Shown here piece by piece: positions 10,953 to 23,083 of a stretch of DNA of 64,000 bases (positions are counted from its first letter, which is position 1; each line of letters opens with the position of its first letter). The stretch is from Mantamonas sphyraenae STR306 (Eukaryota > Protista > CRuMs), in assembly GCA_026936335.1 (NCBI GenBank), contig JAPMXV010000017.1:186001-250000 (forward strand), written 5' to 3'. Under the pieces are notes generated by a model. That model made no database searches. It saw only the letters and a program-made list of their open reading frames with translations, and was not told where the DNA came from. Made by a program: the position numbers and the translations under genes.

Positions 10953-13900
10953 TCAGGTGTTGACCTTCTGCAGGTGATGGGGCCGGTGACCAAGAAGGAT
11001 GTAGCAAAGCCCAACCAGGCCAATGTTGAGGGCACCGTTTGCATCGCGATCAACGCAGCGTCGACGTTTGTCGGTGGTGGCTGGATTGATATTGCTTACA
11101 AGTGACATGGCTGTGCCATTCACCGTGGTTTGGTGTGTGCGAAGAAACGTCCTTTCGGAGCAGATGCACCGCTTGAGCCTTCCTAGTGGGGCGTGTGAGC
11201 CGAGGTGTGGTGCATAATCCATCTCTGCACCACAGTTGGCACACATCTTGGACGTGAAGAACTCGTTGCAGCGCAGGACGATGTGGGTCCGCGCCATGTA
11301 CTCGATGGCCTTTTTGAAACCCCCGCTCTCGCCTCGCCATGACACTGTGCCAACGATGTAGATGACCATCCTGGGTTTCTGATTGTCCCGAGGGCGGGAT
11401 GCACTGGCCATAAGCTGCTGCGTGTGTGCATGCCGTCGCGTCCTGTGCATCTTGCCCACTCGGCCGTCCGGGTCTGCCCCTGCCGCTGTGTGCCTCGCTA
11501 GGCTGTGTGTGTGGTCGTTCATCTTCTGCTCGTGATGTGGCAGGGTCGGGACATTCCACCATCTCCCGATAATGGCGTCCGCCCCTGCGGTCGCAGGCTC
11601 GAGTTGGGCACACAGCGCGTTCGTTTGGTACTTGCCCGGATCAATAAGACACAATTGAATGCGTGTCTCCAGAAGCGTCTTGGTGTCCAGGGTTTCCTGC
11701 TCCGTGAGCGCGGGGCGCAGGCGCAGGGTGTGAAGGTCAACTGCTGCCGGGTCTCCCGACGAGAGCGTGACACCCGCACTCTGCAGGCCATCCAGCACGT
11801 GGCGTCCTCCAAGCAGTTCACCAACGCGATGGTGGCCCAGCAGGTGGCACAGCCGGAGAACCGTGATCAGTTTGTCCTCGGCTTCGGCTTTGTCTTTCAA
11901 TGCCTTCCTGAGAAGAGGGAGAGCGTAGGCAAAGCTTCGTTCACTCGGTTCCACCAGCTCCAAGAGCGAAAACAGAGCTTGCTGGCGGTCCTTTGGGTCG
12001 GCCCAGAACCCCCTCAGCATGGAAATCACTCCTTGTGTGTGCCATCCCTGGGCCTTCGTGACCTTGCCCGCCACGATCATGGTGCCCGTCGTGGTGGCCA
12101 GCTTCCTCGCGGACAAGTTGGCCACCCGAGGGCAGAGCAAGAACAGCATTGCCGGGGCTGCATTGACACGCTGCCGTCTCGCCTCGCCCGACAGGGGATC
12201 GCCAAGGATGTTGTAGCGCGAGAAACGGTCCACTTGCTCGGCAACCAGCGCGGCAAGCGGGTGTGTTTCTTGAAACTGAAACGCCCACTCGATCACAGCG
12301 TTGTTGGCTCCTTCCACCTGCCTGTTGGGGACATCGTGCACCTTCTTGGCCACTTCCTTGTAGTTGTCCCCCAGCAGAGTGGACACGGGCCCGGAGTCGA
12401 GCAAAAGCAGCTGCACGTGCGGAGCAATGCAAACATCGGGACTCATGGATCGCTCCTTCTTTGGAAGGCCCACATTGTGGCCTTGCGCGACCGCACGGGA
12501 GAAGGTATTCCAGTCGGACGCATCATGCGCCTGTGACTTGCGGCCGAAGAAATTGTCGGCGTCGCCGAGTCCAGAAGCTAGCAGCTGCAACCGCAGTTCC
12601 TCAGCTTCACCATGGAAGGTGCTGTCATCGTGTCCGTTGCGACGGCCGAATTGTGTGTTGAGTTTGCGCAAACGTTGTTCAACAGCCACTTCGCCCTGGC
12701 CCAGAGCGTCTGCAATGGTGCGCACAGCGATGTCCTGCGGTACCGTTTGGATGGCAGGGAGCAGAGATTCCAGAGACTTGGACAGCTTGTACCGTGTGAG
12801 CACGCCGTTGACTTCACCTTGGATTTTGGTGGAGGACTCGGCAAGCGCACTCTTGGCCATACTCCACAGAGCCAACTGTTCATCAGTCCACAAGCGCCCC
12901 TCACTGTTGGGAGTGAGATCGAGCAGAACGTGATCGGCATCACCTGGCTCGCGCACGGTCCTCACCACACCCGGGACCGACCATGCTCTTGCCCACCCGT
13001 CGGTCGAGTCACGGATGACAAGGTAGCGATGGCTATCGTGTGCTGAGTTAAGGACTTTGCAAACGCGTTCCATGAAACTCTGCATGCGATTCTCGTGGTC
13101 GTAGAAGTACTCGGCAGTTTGGGGGGCAGCAGCGTGTTTTCGCTTTTTGCTGCGACCGCTGGTGCTTCTGCTGCTGCTGGTTGCCACGTTGCTGCTGCTG
13201 CTGGTTGCCTTGTTGCTGCTGCTGCTGCTGCTGGTTGCCACGTTGCTGCTGCTGCTGGTTGCCTTGTTGCTGCTGCTGCTGCTGCTGGTTGCCACGTTGC
13301 TGCTGCTGCTGGTTGCCTCGATGCTGCTGTTGCTGGCCGCGTTTGCGCTGGCCATACCGCGCTTTGACCTTCGTGGGCCATCGCTGAGGATGTCGTAGGA
13401 CAGGACGCGCTCACCGCGTTGGTGGAAGGCCAGCGCTGCGGCAGCGTACACCGCTCGTTCCACAAGCGCAACCTGTTTTCCGACCTCGACAAGGACACTC
13501 TGCGCGCCATAGTCACCACCTTTCCCACCGCTCAGGTCGACTGTGCGTCTTGAGTCGAATGGCACCACCCCATACGGGTGCACTTTCCCTTTGGGGCCCT
13601 GTGCAGACTCGGCCATCTCGACGAACTTTTCCTCAACCTTGTGTTCAAGGTCCTGGCGCTTGGTTGCGCGCGCGTGCAGTTGCAGATCGTTGGCCAGGCT
13701 GCTGGTTAACTCAGCCCCCAGTTCCAGAGCCTCGGCTTCGCCCTCCTTCAACTGCGTCACCTGCTTCATGGCAATCTCAACGCGTCTCTCGGCCTCGGAC
13801 GCCGCCGCCGCCGTTTGCTCCGTGGATGCACTGTACTTGGACACACCCGCGGCAGCGCAGTTCGTCAGATAACATGCGATGCCGATGAGAACGCCTGCGT

Positions 13901-16511
13901 TCTCCTCGGCACCCTCGACGACCAGGTCTGTGGTGTTGTTGACGCGCACGACGCTGAACCGCGCGTACCGCATGACGTCTTGGTAGAAGTCATCTTCCAG
14001 TGTTGCTCGGAGCCACTCGATTCCATGCATAGGGAACGCACGTTTGTACAGTGTGACGTCACCACGACGGCTTTGGCGGCCAGCTGCAAGCAGCTCATGA
14101 TCCTCTTGCTGCGTCTCCTCCTGGGCCCCCTCCTCGTTCTCGGTCAGGCCATTTTCCTGTGCCTCCGTGCCTTCCTGGTAGTCCAAAGGAGCCGTGACCC
14201 AGTTGCGTGCAAACGGGTTGCTCGTAGCCACTTCCCACCCGCGGACTTTCACCTTCACCTTCTTCCTCCGTTTCCCCTTACCCAAACCTGGCTGCAGCAG
14301 TTGCACGTGTTCGACAGGTACATGAGCACATTTCCCATCTGCAAACTGCACGTTGGACCCATCCTCTTCTGCGATGAACGCCCGTGAGCTGCCGTCCACT
14401 GCCACATATAGTTTCCACCGCTTGGTTGCGCTGTTCAGGTTGCGCACCAGTGCAGCGACCTCATCAGACGTGAACGCTTTTCCAAAGTACGTACGAGCCT
14501 CCATGGTGGAAACCAGGGTCGTGCTGTTGTACCCCATCTCGGAAACGAGGACCCAAAGTTCGTCGTACTGGTCCTGATCCCACTTCTGCGGCACCTCCTC
14601 CCCCTGCCCATTCTCCTGCCCATCCTCCTGCTGCCCAACCACCTCTGACCCGCTCTCCTCCTGCTGCTCAACCTCCTGCAGCCTGTCCTCCTCTGACACG
14701 CTCTCCTCCTGCTGCTCAACCTCCTGCAGCCTGTCCTCCTCTGACACGCTCTCCTCCTGCTGCTCAACCTCCTCTGGCCCACTCTCGTCCAGACCCAACT
14801 CGCGCCTCGCGCGCATAAAACGCGACGTCCACAGAGACATGTCTTCATCCGTTGCACCCTGTTCATGCTCCTCTAGCCATTTGTAGGTACCAGGGTTGCG
14901 CAGGGCCAGCACACGCTTCCAATGCTCACGTGCAGGCTGCCTGGCATCCTGCGGTTCCAAAAAGTCACGTCCAAGTTCTTCCACAACCCCAGCCTCTTGA
15001 GCTTTACGAGCGAGTTCTTCCACAACCCCAGCCTCTTGAGCTTTACGAGCAAATTCTTCCACGAATTCTTCCACAAGCCCAGCCTCTTGAGCTTTCCGTG
15101 CGAGTGCCAAGGGGACACGCAGCCATGTGGTGCTAATATCACCACGTCCAGCCAACAGTGCCACCTGGGCAGCCCTTTTCCGCTCCGCAACGTTCACAGC
15201 ACACCACGCAAATGTGGTTGGATGGACGACGTAGAGGGTTCTGCACGTTTGAGGTGCACAAAAGAAGAAGTCCGAATCCACTGCGACAACAACGAAAGTG
15301 CTCTCTGTCGTCTGAAAAGATTCGACGATGGCATCATCCGCAGATTTTCCTTCCTGAGACACAATCACGGTGTTGTCGCTGTCGTTGAAGCGTTGCATCA
15401 GTGCATCCGTGAGCTGCACATACGCCTCTTCCTTCGCCAGGGGTTTCTCAGGTTTCTGAGTGTGTGCGTGTGTGCGTGTGTGCGTGTCAGTTTTGCGGAT
15501 TGTCCAAATCCCCAATATTGCCTCCACCCCCATACCTCCAGGTCTTTTGCAACACTCTGGGCCATTTTTCGCACAGTGTGCATCATGTGTGCAGGTCGCT
15601 TGGGGTCATTGGGGTCGAACAGGGCCCTGTGCCTGTCTACGTGGACATGCAGCGTTGTGTCGATGTTGGATGGCAAGGAAGTCAGCAAATCCTCGACGTC
15701 GTCGCAGATCGTTGCGCAGGCCTTCTCAAGTGCTTCACTGGTTGGAGGTTTGCCTCCGTGGCCATGTAGGCCGGCAGGATAGTCTGGGCAGTGAGAAAGC
15801 GGTGTGTAAGCGATGCGCGCGACGTCTTCGATCCCCCCCCCCCCCCACATGTCCCAGATGCCTGGGGCGCAAATGAGACTTCAGAGGTGCATGCTTGGGC
15901 GTGCTACCCGTGTCTCTGCACATTCACAGGCATCATACTCGACATCCATATGCACACGTCACAACGTTCTTCGCGCGCAGCAACCCAAAAACACCACACT
16001 TACACTGGGGTCCGAGATCCAATGCCACAAGCATGCGACCGTCGTAGCTACTGGTTCCAATGTCGTCACTCTCGGCCATGGCGTGGTCACTTGTGGCGGC
16101 ATGGGCATGAGCCTGGATTTGCTTCAGTGCGTCGCCAACACTCTCTGCGGAGGCGCTGTGTGACTGGGCGATCACCTGATCCCTAATGCCGGTCTTTGGT
16201 TGGCTGTACCTCTTGCGTGGGTACACCTGGCCCCATGATCCAAGTTCGGCACGCTGGTGATCAAAGATGTCCAGATCCAGCACCGCAAATTTGTTTCCAA
16301 GCCGATTCACTGGCAAATCGTGCAGCGTAGCACTGGACACGTGTGGCAGTGATAAAACACTGCGTTTTGCCGACTCAGCGACCTTCCTCTCATTCTGGGT
16401 GAGCCTGCCCATTTTTCGGTGTCTTGCCTCTTCCAGCGCAACGGCTTGGTCATCCACAAACATCCGGTGAGGATCATCAACATCGCCAGTCAACGTGTGG
16501 GCTGGTCGCAT
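10953..16511 (-). CDS. About 1750-aa PIN (FEN1/XPG-like) + Fanzor/TnpB RuvC-zinc-finger fusion; exons about 16511-16004, 15783-15536 and 15455-10953
   Basis: C-terminus: LCLIDPG (D 11640-42), IYIVG, RCNEFFTSKMCANCG (E 11262-64), KRCIC, VDRDANGALNI (D 11043-45). N-terminus: LVALDLG, HVHVDRH...K...HTVRK, KSADDAI, VVAVDSDFF, ALLAGRGD. Both introns are GT-AG and frame-preserving (phase 1 and phase 0). Confidence 0.85.
13160..13335. repeat. About 54-bp tandem repeats encoding SSSSNVATSSSSSSNKAT inside the Fanzor-like ORF
   Basis: Repeated ctgctggttgccacgttgctgctgctgctggttgcc units. Confidence 0.85.
14640..15100. repeat. 48-bp (EVEQQEESVSEEDRLQ) and 39-bp (ARKAQEAGVVEEL) coding tandem repeats inside the Fanzor-like ORF
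   Basis: Direct repeats visible at 14650-14775 and 14975-15095. Confidence 0.85.
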
Positions 16512-16893
16512 GACCACATGAGCGTCTCAATTGAGTGCGTGAGGCAAACCAAATTCACGGCAAAGTCTGCACTGTGGCATCGGCACACTCCACGTCCTGT
16601 TCGCTCCACGAGTGTGACTGGACAAGCGCCGTGTACTCGTCAAGATGATGATAGCTTGTCTTGACCTACTGTCATCATGGGATTCTCAATGTATTCGATG
16701 CTTTGGAGGGCGCAAAGGGCGGGGAGCAGCCACATCCGCTATTCGTGGACAGGAACGGGCCATGGGGATGGGAATACAGGATTGAATCATTGATCACCAG
16801 AGAAAATGGCCTTCTTGTGAATCTCACTCGCAAAGCACCGGCGTCGCAATGAAACGGGCGTCGCAGCAAAAAGGTTCGCTCAAACGAAAATCC

Positions 16894-18135
16894 CTATCTG
16901 TATGGTGCGTTTGCAGCTGCACTCGACTTTTCGCTGCGTCGGTCGTACTGGTCATCGTACGACTTGCCGCTGCCGTAGTCACGATCCCGTGGATCGTAGC
17001 TCGGTTCGTCGCGGGCACTGCTGCTGCTGCTGCTGCGATCATAGTCGCGGTCACGCGGATCGTAGCTGGGTTCCCGACGATCGTAGTCACGGTCTCGTGG
17101 GTCGTAGCTGTCCCTGCGATCGTAGCTGTCGCGGCGATCGTAGCCACGGTCGTAGTCGCCGCGTCGGTCGTAGTCACGTCGATCGTAGCCACGGTCGTAG
17201 TCACGACGGTCATAGTCACGACGGTCATAGTCACGTCGGTCATAATCACGTCGGTCGTAGTCACGTCGGTCGTAGCCACGGTCGTAGCCGCCGCCGTAGC
17301 CACGGTCGTAGCCACGATCACGATCGTATCGTCGTCGTCCACCGCCGCCGCCGCCGTTGCGGTAGCGTGCCTTTTCCGCCACACCGCCACCCAAGTACTG
17401 GCCTGGGGTCGGTGAGCGAGGGCGTGTGCGCTTGGCCTTCTGGATGACCAGCGTGCGGCCGTCCCAGTCGGCTCCGTCCAACGCGCGAATCGCTGCGTTG
17501 GCCTCCTCGTCCGTCTCAAACATAACGAACGCAAAGCCACGCGGGCGTCCCGAGCGAGGTTCCACCACCACACTCGCCTTGACAATCTGTGGCGTGCCAC
17601 CCCTGCGTGTCAGTTATTGCTCCACCTCTTTCTTCTGCCCCGGTTGCAGCTCCTTTGCCAGTTGGAGGGAAAAAATGCGCGGTGGAACCGGCCAAAAGCT
17701 TACCCTGCCAAACTCCTCAAACTTGGCGTACAGGTCTGCGTCGCGGTGGTGCTGAGACACACCGGACACATACAGGTTGCTGCCTTCTCCCAGCTCCTTT
17801 TCGTTGAGCTTGGTGCGGTCGGTGGCCCCCGAGCGGCCGTTGTCGTTGTCGCCATCCGCTCCTCCTCGGCCGCCGCTGACATCCTCCGCCTGGGTGTCGC
17901 TGTTGCCCACCAGATCGTCCCCGCTGCCACTGCTGTTGTTCCCTGCCTCCCTGTGTCGGTTGTCCTCGTCGTCATCCTCCTCTGCGTTGTTGCTCGTGTC
18001 CACCTCGGCCTGCTGGGCCTGCGTCTGCTCAGCTTCCGTCGTCGTCGTCGTCTCCTCCTGCGTCGTTTCTTCCGGCTGTGAAGTCTGCGGCTCCTCCGTT
18101 GCTGCGTCGCTCTGTGAATGTGTGGTCCGTTGCAT
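16894..18135 (-). CDS. TRA2/SR45a-like RRM splicing factor; intron 17587-17703
   Basis: RNP2 NLYVSGV, RNP1 RGFAFVMF, TRA2-family linker RTRPRSPTPGQYLG and a YDRRD repeat tail. Confidence 0.85.
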
Positions 18136-18451
18136 GCGCCGTGTCCGCGTGTGCCCCCGTGTGTCAGCAGAAGAAAACGGTGCTGCCTTGGCTTCCACAG
18201 CCCCGGAAACGGCGCCTCTAGACAGCGGATTGGCTGATCTCCTGGCTCAGCAAAGTTGAGAAGGTTTTGTCCACATGTGCTCGCACGGGTCACCTGTGTG
18301 CCCGTGCGTTCAGAGAACTTTGAAAGAATAAAGCATCATTGCCCAGCGTCCGCGTGCATCCACCCTGCCTCTGCCACTGCCTCGTCCACCTACCATTTTG
18401 GAATGGCCGTGACGGCGTCCAGTTTGCGGCCCCGCACCCACAACCACCCGC

Positions 18452-19845
18452 ATGTCCTCCTCCTCCTCCGCCAGTGCCCCGGCTGCTGGCCCTCGCAAGC
18501 GCAAGCTAGAGTCTGCCGGAGCCCTGATTGTGAAAAAGGCCAAGGGATCCGACAGCAAGGCGCTGATCAAGGTGAGCAGCGCGCGCATTGCTCTCGCTCT
18601 TTGCCTTTGCGCACCTCACACACACTCACACACACCCGTCCCCTTTGCACATCGCAACCACTCACATCCGCACCCTTGCTCACACTGCAATCAGACAATC
18701 AAGCGCACATCGGGCCTGCAGTCACCCATCATGAAACTGGAAGGACATGGGGTGCGTTTTCCGCCAAGTCTCGTCCCAGCCTCTCCTTGCAACTCAACGC
18801 CGCCACTGACACTCACAGGGCGCCCTCTGCCCTTTTCTCACAGGCCGCCGTGTACAGCATCGAGTTTGACCACAGTGGGTCGCACCTCGCCAGTGCCTCG
18901 TTTGACCAGGAAATTTGTGAGTGGACGAGAATGCGGCGCCACCCCGTTGCTTTGCTCACTTTGCTTGCTGCTGCTTGCTCACACCACCACCATCACACCC
19001 CGGTTGCAGATCTGTGGAATGTGTACGGAGACTGTCGAAGCTACTCTGTGCTCAAAGGACACAAGCAAGCGGTGACACAGGTGCGCTGGACTGTGGATGA
19101 CCAGTACCTGGTGTCGTCGTCGGCAGACACCACACTGGCAGCCTGGAGCCACGAAACAGGACAATGTTACCGCCGCCTGCGTGGCCATGACAAGTATGTG
19201 CACGGTTGTGACGTGGCACAGCGTGGCAGCATGCTGGTGGCCTCTGCAGGCGAGGACGGCTCTGCACGCCTGTGGGACGTCCGCTCCAAGGACATTGTGG
19301 CCCAGTTTGAACATGAGTACGCCGTCACAGCCGTGGCCTTTGCCCAGGATGCTCAGCAACTGTTTACTGGCAATCTGGATGGTGTGGTGCGAGCCTGGGA
19401 CCTGCGCAAGAACGAACTGGAGTACGAGCTCCAGCAGCACACAAACATTATCACGGGTCTAGCGGTGTCCCCCGATGGCACCCATTTGTTGTCCAATGCT
19501 ACCGACAACCAGGTGTGCATGTGGGACGTCCAGGCCTACGCCCCGGACAACCGCTTTGTCCGCGCCTTTCACGGCGCCAAACACAACTTTGAACGCCTGC
19601 TCATCCGCTGCGCGTGGAGCGCAGACGGCTCCATGGTTGCCTCTGGCTCGGCCGATCGCTTCCTGTACGTGTGGAGTGCCGAGGACGCAAAGGTGTCCTA
19701 CAAACTCCCAGGCCACGAAGGAACTGTCACAGACGTCGCCTTTCATCCCAAAGAACCCATTGTGGCTTCCAGTGCCACCGACAAATACATCTTTCTGGGT
19801 GAGTTGGACCCGTCCAACAACGACGACGACGACGAGGAGCTGTGA
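18452..19845 (+). CDS. SNRNP40: U5 snRNP 40 kDa WD40 protein (several introns)
   Basis: KRTSGLQSPIMKLEGH, LWNVYGDC, HNFERLLIRCAWS, YKLPGHEG and FHPKEPIV. Confidence 0.92.
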
Positions 19846-19904
19846 CTGTGAGTGAGTGGAGGAGAGTTGCAAACAAAAGCGTTGATTGTGTGATGCTGGA
19901 CCCT

Positions 19905-21329
19905 TCACCAGTCGTCATTGTTGACCAGGGTGCTGGTGAGCCCAATGACCATGATGGTGACGTAAAACAGGGAAATGGCGCTGATGAGAGGTGCCATGAG
20001 CTCCATGGGGGTCACCTTGTAGATGCCCGTGGAGGTGGTGCACACCAGCACGGCAAACAGTGAGATCATGCAGTAGATGAGGTACATGATGAAACTCTCG
20101 GTGGAGCGGAGGTAGGAGACAAGGAGGTTGGAGAGGAAGAGGACGGGAAAGGTCATGAGCGGGCCCATGGCCAGCCAGATGTCCGTGATCATGCCGTCGA
20201 GATACATGGGCAGAGTGATGGAAAACATGCAGAGGGAGGCAATGGCCAGCAGTTTGCAGATGCCGTTGAAGCAGTCTGAGACACTGTAGCCATCGTAGAT
20301 CCAGTTGAGGCAGCCGGTTTGGCAGGTGCACAGGCAACGCGAGGGCACCACGTCGTCGTAGTCATCATACTCCAGCAACGCCAGTTTCGGGAAGCTGTCA
20401 CGCATCATGTACATGGTAAAGCCGCACATGGCGCAGCTGGCCATGGTGAGAAAGACCCAGAGGGGCACAAAGAGCTCAGTCCAGAGGACGTCGGGCAGCA
20501 CACCGTCGAGCTTGAGACCGACGAGGAGGGGAAACAGCAGAAAGACGCCCAGGATGAGAGGGGTGGTGCAACACACCAGCAGACAGAACTTGGTTCGGAC
20601 GGGACCACTCCAGCTCCACTCCACCTCCTCTTCGTAGAACATGAACCAGAACCAGGTGACAAAGCCGAGCACCAGGAGGAAGTACGGGGAGAACAGGGCA
20701 GTCCAGGGCAGCCAGTCGAGGTCGCCCTGGAGTTTAAAGGCAATGAGGATGGGGATGAGGAGGAGGAAGAACACGAGGGAGACAGAGACCACCAGGGCGA
20801 TGGGGCCGCAGATCAGAATGGCCAGTAGGTAGCACAGTGACACACACACCTCGCTGGCACTGAACGAGCTCATGGAACAGCAATCAAGGACAAACTGCCC
20901 ACAGGCATTGATGTGTTTCTGGGCCCTGACGGCGAAGCGGTTGAGGTCGCGCTCGCGAGCCGCCTCTCGCTCCTGAGCCTGCTGCTGCTCCACAGCGCGC
21001 ACCTGGTCCTCCATGATCAATTTCTTGTAGTTGAGGCTGGCGTTGTATGATGCACCCGATTGGTTGCCCTGCACATAGCTCATAAAGTTGAACTCGGATG
21101 ACTGGTCGCGCTGGTACAGCGCGTGCCACACGCGGTTGTCGTTGCAAAAGTAGCGCAGGTATTGGCACGTTGCGCCCAGGTGATTGACGCTGTACTTGTC
21201 CAGTTTGCCCACAATGGTCAGGAGGATCTCTGAGCGCACGCAGGAACACACACATGCGCCCATTGTCGTGTCAGCGAGGATAAAGGAGCGAATTCTCCGC
21301 AAGCAAGTGAACAAGCCCCTCCGAGCCCG

Positions 21330-21368
<39 letters not shown>

Positions 21369-21692
21369 GCACGCCGGAACGTAGAGTCAACGTCGTCCAG
21401 TGCTTGGCCAGTCACAGGCACAGTGGATTGGGCCACCTCCTTTTGCTGTGCTGATTGTGAACCACTTACCTGGGGGCATGATGAAAATCCAAGCGTCGTC
21501 ATCCTGGAGCTCGGTGAGGGTTTCCTGCAAGGCGAGCGACTCCTCAGACAGGATGCCCGAGGGCTCTGCGTTGAGGCCCTCCTCAACGTCGAGCAACGAG
21601 GTCGAGTCGCTGATGATGCCATCTTCTTTGTGGCCGGCATCGTCCTCGAGTTCGAGTTCGTCGTCCAGCGGGACGGTCGCCAGGTTCGCCAT
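19905..21692 (-). CDS. F-box protein with multiple TM helices (TMEM185/FAM11-like repeats); intron about 21230-21469
   Basis: Splicing gives MPP|EILLTIVGKL...LGATCQYLRYFCNDNRVW (F-box). Repeats FKLQGDLDWLPWTALFSPY and LKLDGVLPDVLWTELFVPLW. Confidence 0.7.
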
Positions 21693-21713
21693 CGCAAAGT
21701 TTTCGTTGGCGCC

Positions 21714-23065
21714 ATGAGTGAGGAGTCCACTCTGCTTGCGGCAGCGTTTGGCGACATGGAAGCCGGTGGGGACGACGACGACCAGGCTGCGCAGGACAAG
21801 GCAGAGGCTGCTGCCCAGCGTCTGCAGCTGCAGCATCAGGCCTACGAGCCACGCGTGCTTCAAGCCCAGGTAAGGACGCACCGGCGATGAATGGGCGAGA
21901 GAAGATGGGTGATGATGGGTGAAATGGGTATAGCCCAGATTGGATCACCAAGACGGGCTGGAGGGGGGAGGGATTTGTGTGTGTGTGTGTGGGTGGGTGT
22001 GTGGGTGTGTGTGGGCGTTGGGAGATCCTGTGTTCCGCCACACTCACATCAACATCATCAACCTGAACAGTGGTTTGAGGGCGAAGTAGGAGGAGGAGAG
22101 GACGAGGATGACGAGGAGGAAGACCAAGAGGGTGGAGACGAGGAGGGCCAGAGCCTGCAAGCGTCTCTGTACAACATGGAGTACCTGTACTACGAGGAAC
22201 AGTACGACGAAGTGGTGCGAGTCGCCACCCAGCTGCTGGACCATCCCAAACTAGCCAAGAATGACATTCGTGTGCAGGAACACCTGGCACGTGCACACCT
22301 ACAGCTGGAACAGTGGCAAGACGCAGTGGCTCCGCTGCTATTTGTGTGTGTAGGTTGGTCTGCTGAAAACGCTCGCGCGGCGGCAGCTTTCTGACCCCTC
22401 ATTGCCCCTCCCTACCTCCGAACACACACGCACACACACGCACACATGCACAGAACAACGGCTCGGACGTGGGAAGTGAGCTTCACAAGGCTTTGGGCGA
22501 GGCATACCTGAGGACGGGGGAGTACACACAGGCAAAGGCGGCGCTGCAACAAGCGATCCGTTCCGCCAAGCAGAACTATGCGGCGTGGCGTCTGTTGGGA
22601 GATTGCTACGTCGCCGAACACGGCACGGGCGCAGGTGATGACCAACAGCTGGCTGTGTTTGCGCATCACAGCTTCAAGCGGGCGCAGTGGTTCCTGCTGG
22701 TGAATCAGGAGAACCATCGCAAGGCTGTAGAGGCGCGGCTGCAGAATGCCAAGCGCAACGCAGAGCAGCTGAAAAAGAACCAGGAGGCTGGAGGCTTGGT
22801 CATGACCGTGGACGCAGAACCAACCACGTTTTGGCCCGAGAATGGGCCGCAGGTGGAACAATACCTTGCCGAGCTTCAGGAGGCCATCGACACATGGGCG
22901 GCTGTGGCCGGCCAAGACGCAGAACTGGACGAGGAGCAAGTAGAGGGCGAGTTTGAACGCCTGTGGTTTGTTGCACGCCCGTTGGACCTGTCCATGCAAG
23001 AGTCGGACGAGGACGAGGGCGATCTGGGAGAGATCGGAGACGAACTGACAAAGGTCAACCGCTGA
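21714..23065 (+). CDS. TPR protein, C8orf76-like (introns about 21870-22070 and 22350-22452)
   Basis: YEPRVLQAQ|WF, RVQEHLARAHLQLEQW and the TPR LGEAYLRTGEYTQAKAALQQAI. Confidence 0.6.
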
Positions 23066-23083
23066 ACGCGGCCCCAAACGACA

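Noticed and set aside
10769-16700. Terminal inverted repeats (catcgaat/attcgatg; aatccca/tgggatt)
   Set aside because: Only 7-8 bp with inconsistent spacing and no TSD, so compatible with chance.
16960-17335. 12-15-bp tandem repeat array as a non-coding element
   Set aside because: It encodes the YDRRD/YDRG tail of the RRM splicing factor.
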